Source of the DNA: an uncultured Desulfobacter sp.
Lineage (GTDB): Bacteria > Desulfobacterota > Desulfobacteria > Desulfobacterales > Desulfobacteraceae
Length of the DNA: 64,000 nucleotides
Reading direction: 5' to 3'
NCBI GenBank assembly: GCA_963665095.1
Contig: OY762069.1
Coordinates: 4,064,001-4,128,000, forward strand
This document shows positions 61,608 to 64,000 of this stretch, in pieces. A program made the translations under genes and the position numbers. The notes below the pieces were generated by a model. It ran no database searches. It was not told where the DNA came from and saw only the letters and a program-made list of their open reading frames with translations. Within the stretch, counting starts at the first letter, position 1. Every line of letters starts with the position of its first letter.

Positions 61608-63530
61608 ATGGCAGAAAAACAGACACACCAATTTAAAACAGAAGTCCAGCAACTGCTGCACCTGATCATCCATTCCCTTTATTCCAACCGGGAAATTTTT
61701 GTCCGGGAGCTGATCTCCAACGCCTCGGATGCCATTGACAAGGCCAGATTTAAAGAGCAGACCGATCCTGACCTTTTTGCCGACGACAATGATTACCATA
61801 TCCGACTGGCCCTGGATAAAGATGCCAAAACTTTTACCATCACGGATAACGGCATCGGCATGACCTTTGATGAGGTGAATGACAATATCGGCACTATTGC
61901 CCAGTCCGGTACCGCCGCCTTCATGGACGCCCTGGAAAAATCCAAAAACGAAAGCGGCCTTTCCCCGGAACTCATCGGCCAGTTTGGTGTGGGGTTTTAT
62001 TCCGCATTTATCGTGGCAGATAAGGTGCGGCTGGATACCAAAGCACCGGGGCAGGAAAAAGGCGTCCGCTGGGAGTCTGACGGCAAGGGCGAGTATACCC
62101 TTGAAGAAATTGACAAAGAGACCCGCGGCACGGAAATCACCCTGTTCCTCAGTGATCCTGAAGAAGGGGACCAGGATTTCACAGAAGACTATACCATCCG
62201 GCACATCGTTAAAAAACATTCCGATTTTGTCACCTATCCCATTATCATGAATGTGGAGACCAGCGAGCCCATTCCTGAAAATGAAATCATCAAGGACAGC
62301 GAGGGTAAGCCCATTGGCGATACCTATCGCAAGGTCAGAAAAGATCAGACCCTGAACTCCATGAAAGCCATCTGGGCCAAGGCCAAGGATGATGTTACCG
62401 AAGAAGAGCATAAGGAGTTTTACAAGCACATTTCCCACAACTGGGATGACCCCTGTGAGATCATTCACAAAAAATTTGAAGGGGTGACGGAATATGATGT
62501 GCTCATGTACCTGCCTTCCAAGGCTCCCCTTGACCTTTTCCGGCCCGAGCGCAAACACGGGATGCAGCTTTACTGCAAACGCGTCTTCATCATGGATGAC
62601 TGCAAGGAGCTTCTGCCTGAATACCTTGGATTTGTCCAGGGTGTGGTGGATGCCCCGGACCTGAACCTGAATGTCAGCCGTGAGATTCTCCAGGAAGACC
62701 GTCTGGTCAGAAATATTCGCAAAAACCTGGTCAAACAGATTTTTTCCGTGCTGGAAGGCATGGAGGATAAAAAATATATCGAATTCTATGAGGAGTTCGG
62801 CCAGGCCCTTAAAGCCGGCATTCCGACGGATTATGACAACAAGGAACGGCTGGCCGCCCTGATGCGTTATAAGACCACCAAGTCCGGTGACGACTATGTA
62901 ACCCTGGACCAGTACATTGAGAACATGAAGGAAGACCAGAAGGAGATTTACTACATTACCGGTGAAAATCTGGCTTCCCTTGCCAACTCACCGTTGCTGG
63001 AGGCGCTTAAGGCCAAGGACTATGAAGTGCTTCTCATGGTGGACCCCATTGACGAATGGGTGACCCAGTCCCTGCCCGAGTATAAGGAAAAGAAACTGAA
63101 AAGCGCTGAAAAGGGCGACCTTGATGTGGAGAAGGTGGACGATGAAAAGAAAAATGAATATTCCGCACTTCTTTCATTCCTTAAAGGTAAGCTGGAAAGC
63201 AGGGTTAAGGATGTGGTGGTTTCAAGCCGGCTCAAGGATTCTGTCTCCTGCCTGACAGGTGATGAGTGGGCCATGAGCGCTTATATGGAGAAGATCCTGA
63301 AAGCTTCCGGACAGAAAGCACCGGACCAGAAACGCTCCCTGGAGGTAAATGTCAACCACCCGGTTATGGAAAAAATTAAATCTGTCTTTGAGACAGACAC
63401 CACCAACCCCGTGCTGACCGACTACAGTGATTTGCTTTATGATATTGCCGTGATTTCCGAAGGGGGCAAACTGGATAATCCTGCGCGGTTTTCCGCCCTG
63501 GTCGGGAATCTGATGGCAAAATCCATATGA
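61608..63530 (+). CDS. htpG: Molecular chaperone HtpG (Hsp90)
   Basis: [41 protein letters not shown]. Confidence 0.98.
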   Translation: MAEKQTHQFKTEVQQLLHLIIHSLYSNREIFVRELISNASDAIDKARFKEQTDPDLFADDNDYHIRLALDKDAKTFTITDNGIGMTFDEVNDNIGTIAQSGTAAFMDALEKSKNESGLSPELIGQFGVGFYSAFIVADKVRLDTKAPGQEKGVRWESDGKGEYTLEEIDKETRGTEITLFLSDPEEGDQDFTEDYTIRHIVKKHSDFVTYPIIMNVETSEPIPENEIIKDSEGKPIGDTYRKVRKDQTLNSMKAIWAKAKDDVTEEEHKEFYKHISHNWDDPCEIIHKKFEGVTEYDVLMYLPSKAPLDLFRPERKHGMQLYCKRVFIMDDCKELLPEYLGFVQGVVDAPDLNLNVSREILQEDRLVRNIRKNLVKQIFSVLEGMEDKKYIEFYEEFGQALKAGIPTDYDNKERLAALMRYKTTKSGDDYVTLDQYIENMKEDQKEIYYITGENLASLANSPLLEALKAKDYEVLLMVDPIDEWVTQSLPEYKEKKLKSAEKGDLDVEKVDDEKKNEYSALLSFLKGKLESRVKDVVVSSRLKDSVSCLTGDEWAMSAYMEKILKASGQKAPDQKRSLEVNVNHPVMEKIKSVFETDTTNPVLTDYSDLLYDIAVISEGGKLDNPARFSALVGNLMAKSI

Positions 63531-64000
63531 GGATATATCTTGAAAGCTTAGGGTGCTCAAGAAATCAGGTAGACAGCGAAGTCATGCTGGGCCGGCTCAT
63601 GGCAGCCGGCCATAAAATCACCCATGATCCGTCACAGGCGAAAGCTATTATTGTCAACACCTGCGGGTTTATATCAACCGCCTCCCAGGAGGCGGTTGAT
63701 GTCATTCTGGAGATGGCGGATTATAAAAAGAGGGGCAATTGTGAGCGACTGATTGTTACGGGCTGCCTGGTCCAGCGCTACAAGAGTGACCCGGATCTTA
63801 TGGGAAGTCTGCCTGAGGTGGATGCCTTTCTTGGTACCGCCGCCTGTGACCATATTGTTACTGCTGTTGAAAATGGTGAACCATCCCCGTTTTTTATGTT
63901 TCCGGATCCCGACTCCCGGCCGGTGAATATCTCTGTTGAGAAGCGGATTCTGCTCAATGACACCACCGCATATATTAAAGTTTCTGAGGGCTGTCGCAGG
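63527..64000 (+). CDS. rimO: Ribosomal protein S12 methylthiotransferase (runs off the window end)
   Basis: [52 protein letters not shown] overlap with the htpG stop. Confidence 0.9.
   Translation, partial: MRIYLESLGCSRNQVDSEVMLGRLMAAGHKITHDPSQAKAIIVNTCGFISTASQEAVDVILEMADYKKRGNCERLIVTGCLVQRYKSDPDLMGSLPEVDAFLGTAACDHIVTAVENGEPSPFFMFPDPDSRPVNISVEKRILLNDTTAYIKVSEGCRR

Noticed and set aside
61596..62558. 320-aa antisense ORF
   Set aside because: It shadows htpG; long antisense frames are a codon-bias by-product and this one has no recognisable motifs.
1..64000. CRISPR arrays, tRNA or rRNA genes
   Set aside because: No regularly spaced repeats or recognisable tRNA/rRNA sequence were seen by eye.

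Overview
A ~64 kb chromosomal window whose gene content and style suggest a sulfate-reducing deltaproteobacterium (Desulfobacter-like; this is an inference). Housekeeping genes (yebC, rlmE, radA, uvrA, nrdDG with tandem NrdR-like boxes, htpG, rimO and a TPP-riboswitch thiXYZ-thiD operon) are interleaved with accessory loci. (i) An mxd-like exopolysaccharide operon: a Cys-rich/degenerate GGDEF-like protein, a processive GT2, an unusual TolC-like plus GH18-like fusion, and HlyD. (ii) A symporter/tandem amidohydrolase/TetR unit. (iii) Three hybrid sensor kinases. (iv) An HUH (RAYT-like) transposase bracketed by a perfect 29-bp inverted repeat. (v) A TRAP-USP-thiolase unit. (vi) A decaying island at ~40.8-49 kb with an amidase plus an internally deleted mamK-like actin, disarmed toxin-antitoxin pairs, and an intact methyltransferase-HNH-S24 peptidase fusion. 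(vii) An N-acyl amino acid synthase-like gene divergent from a ThiF-nitroreductase fusion (OxzAB-like), with a relic MMPL exporter and an adjacent 7TM-DISM-like hybrid kinase; this is a candidate small-molecule signalling system. All assignments come from motif recognition by eye, without database searches.
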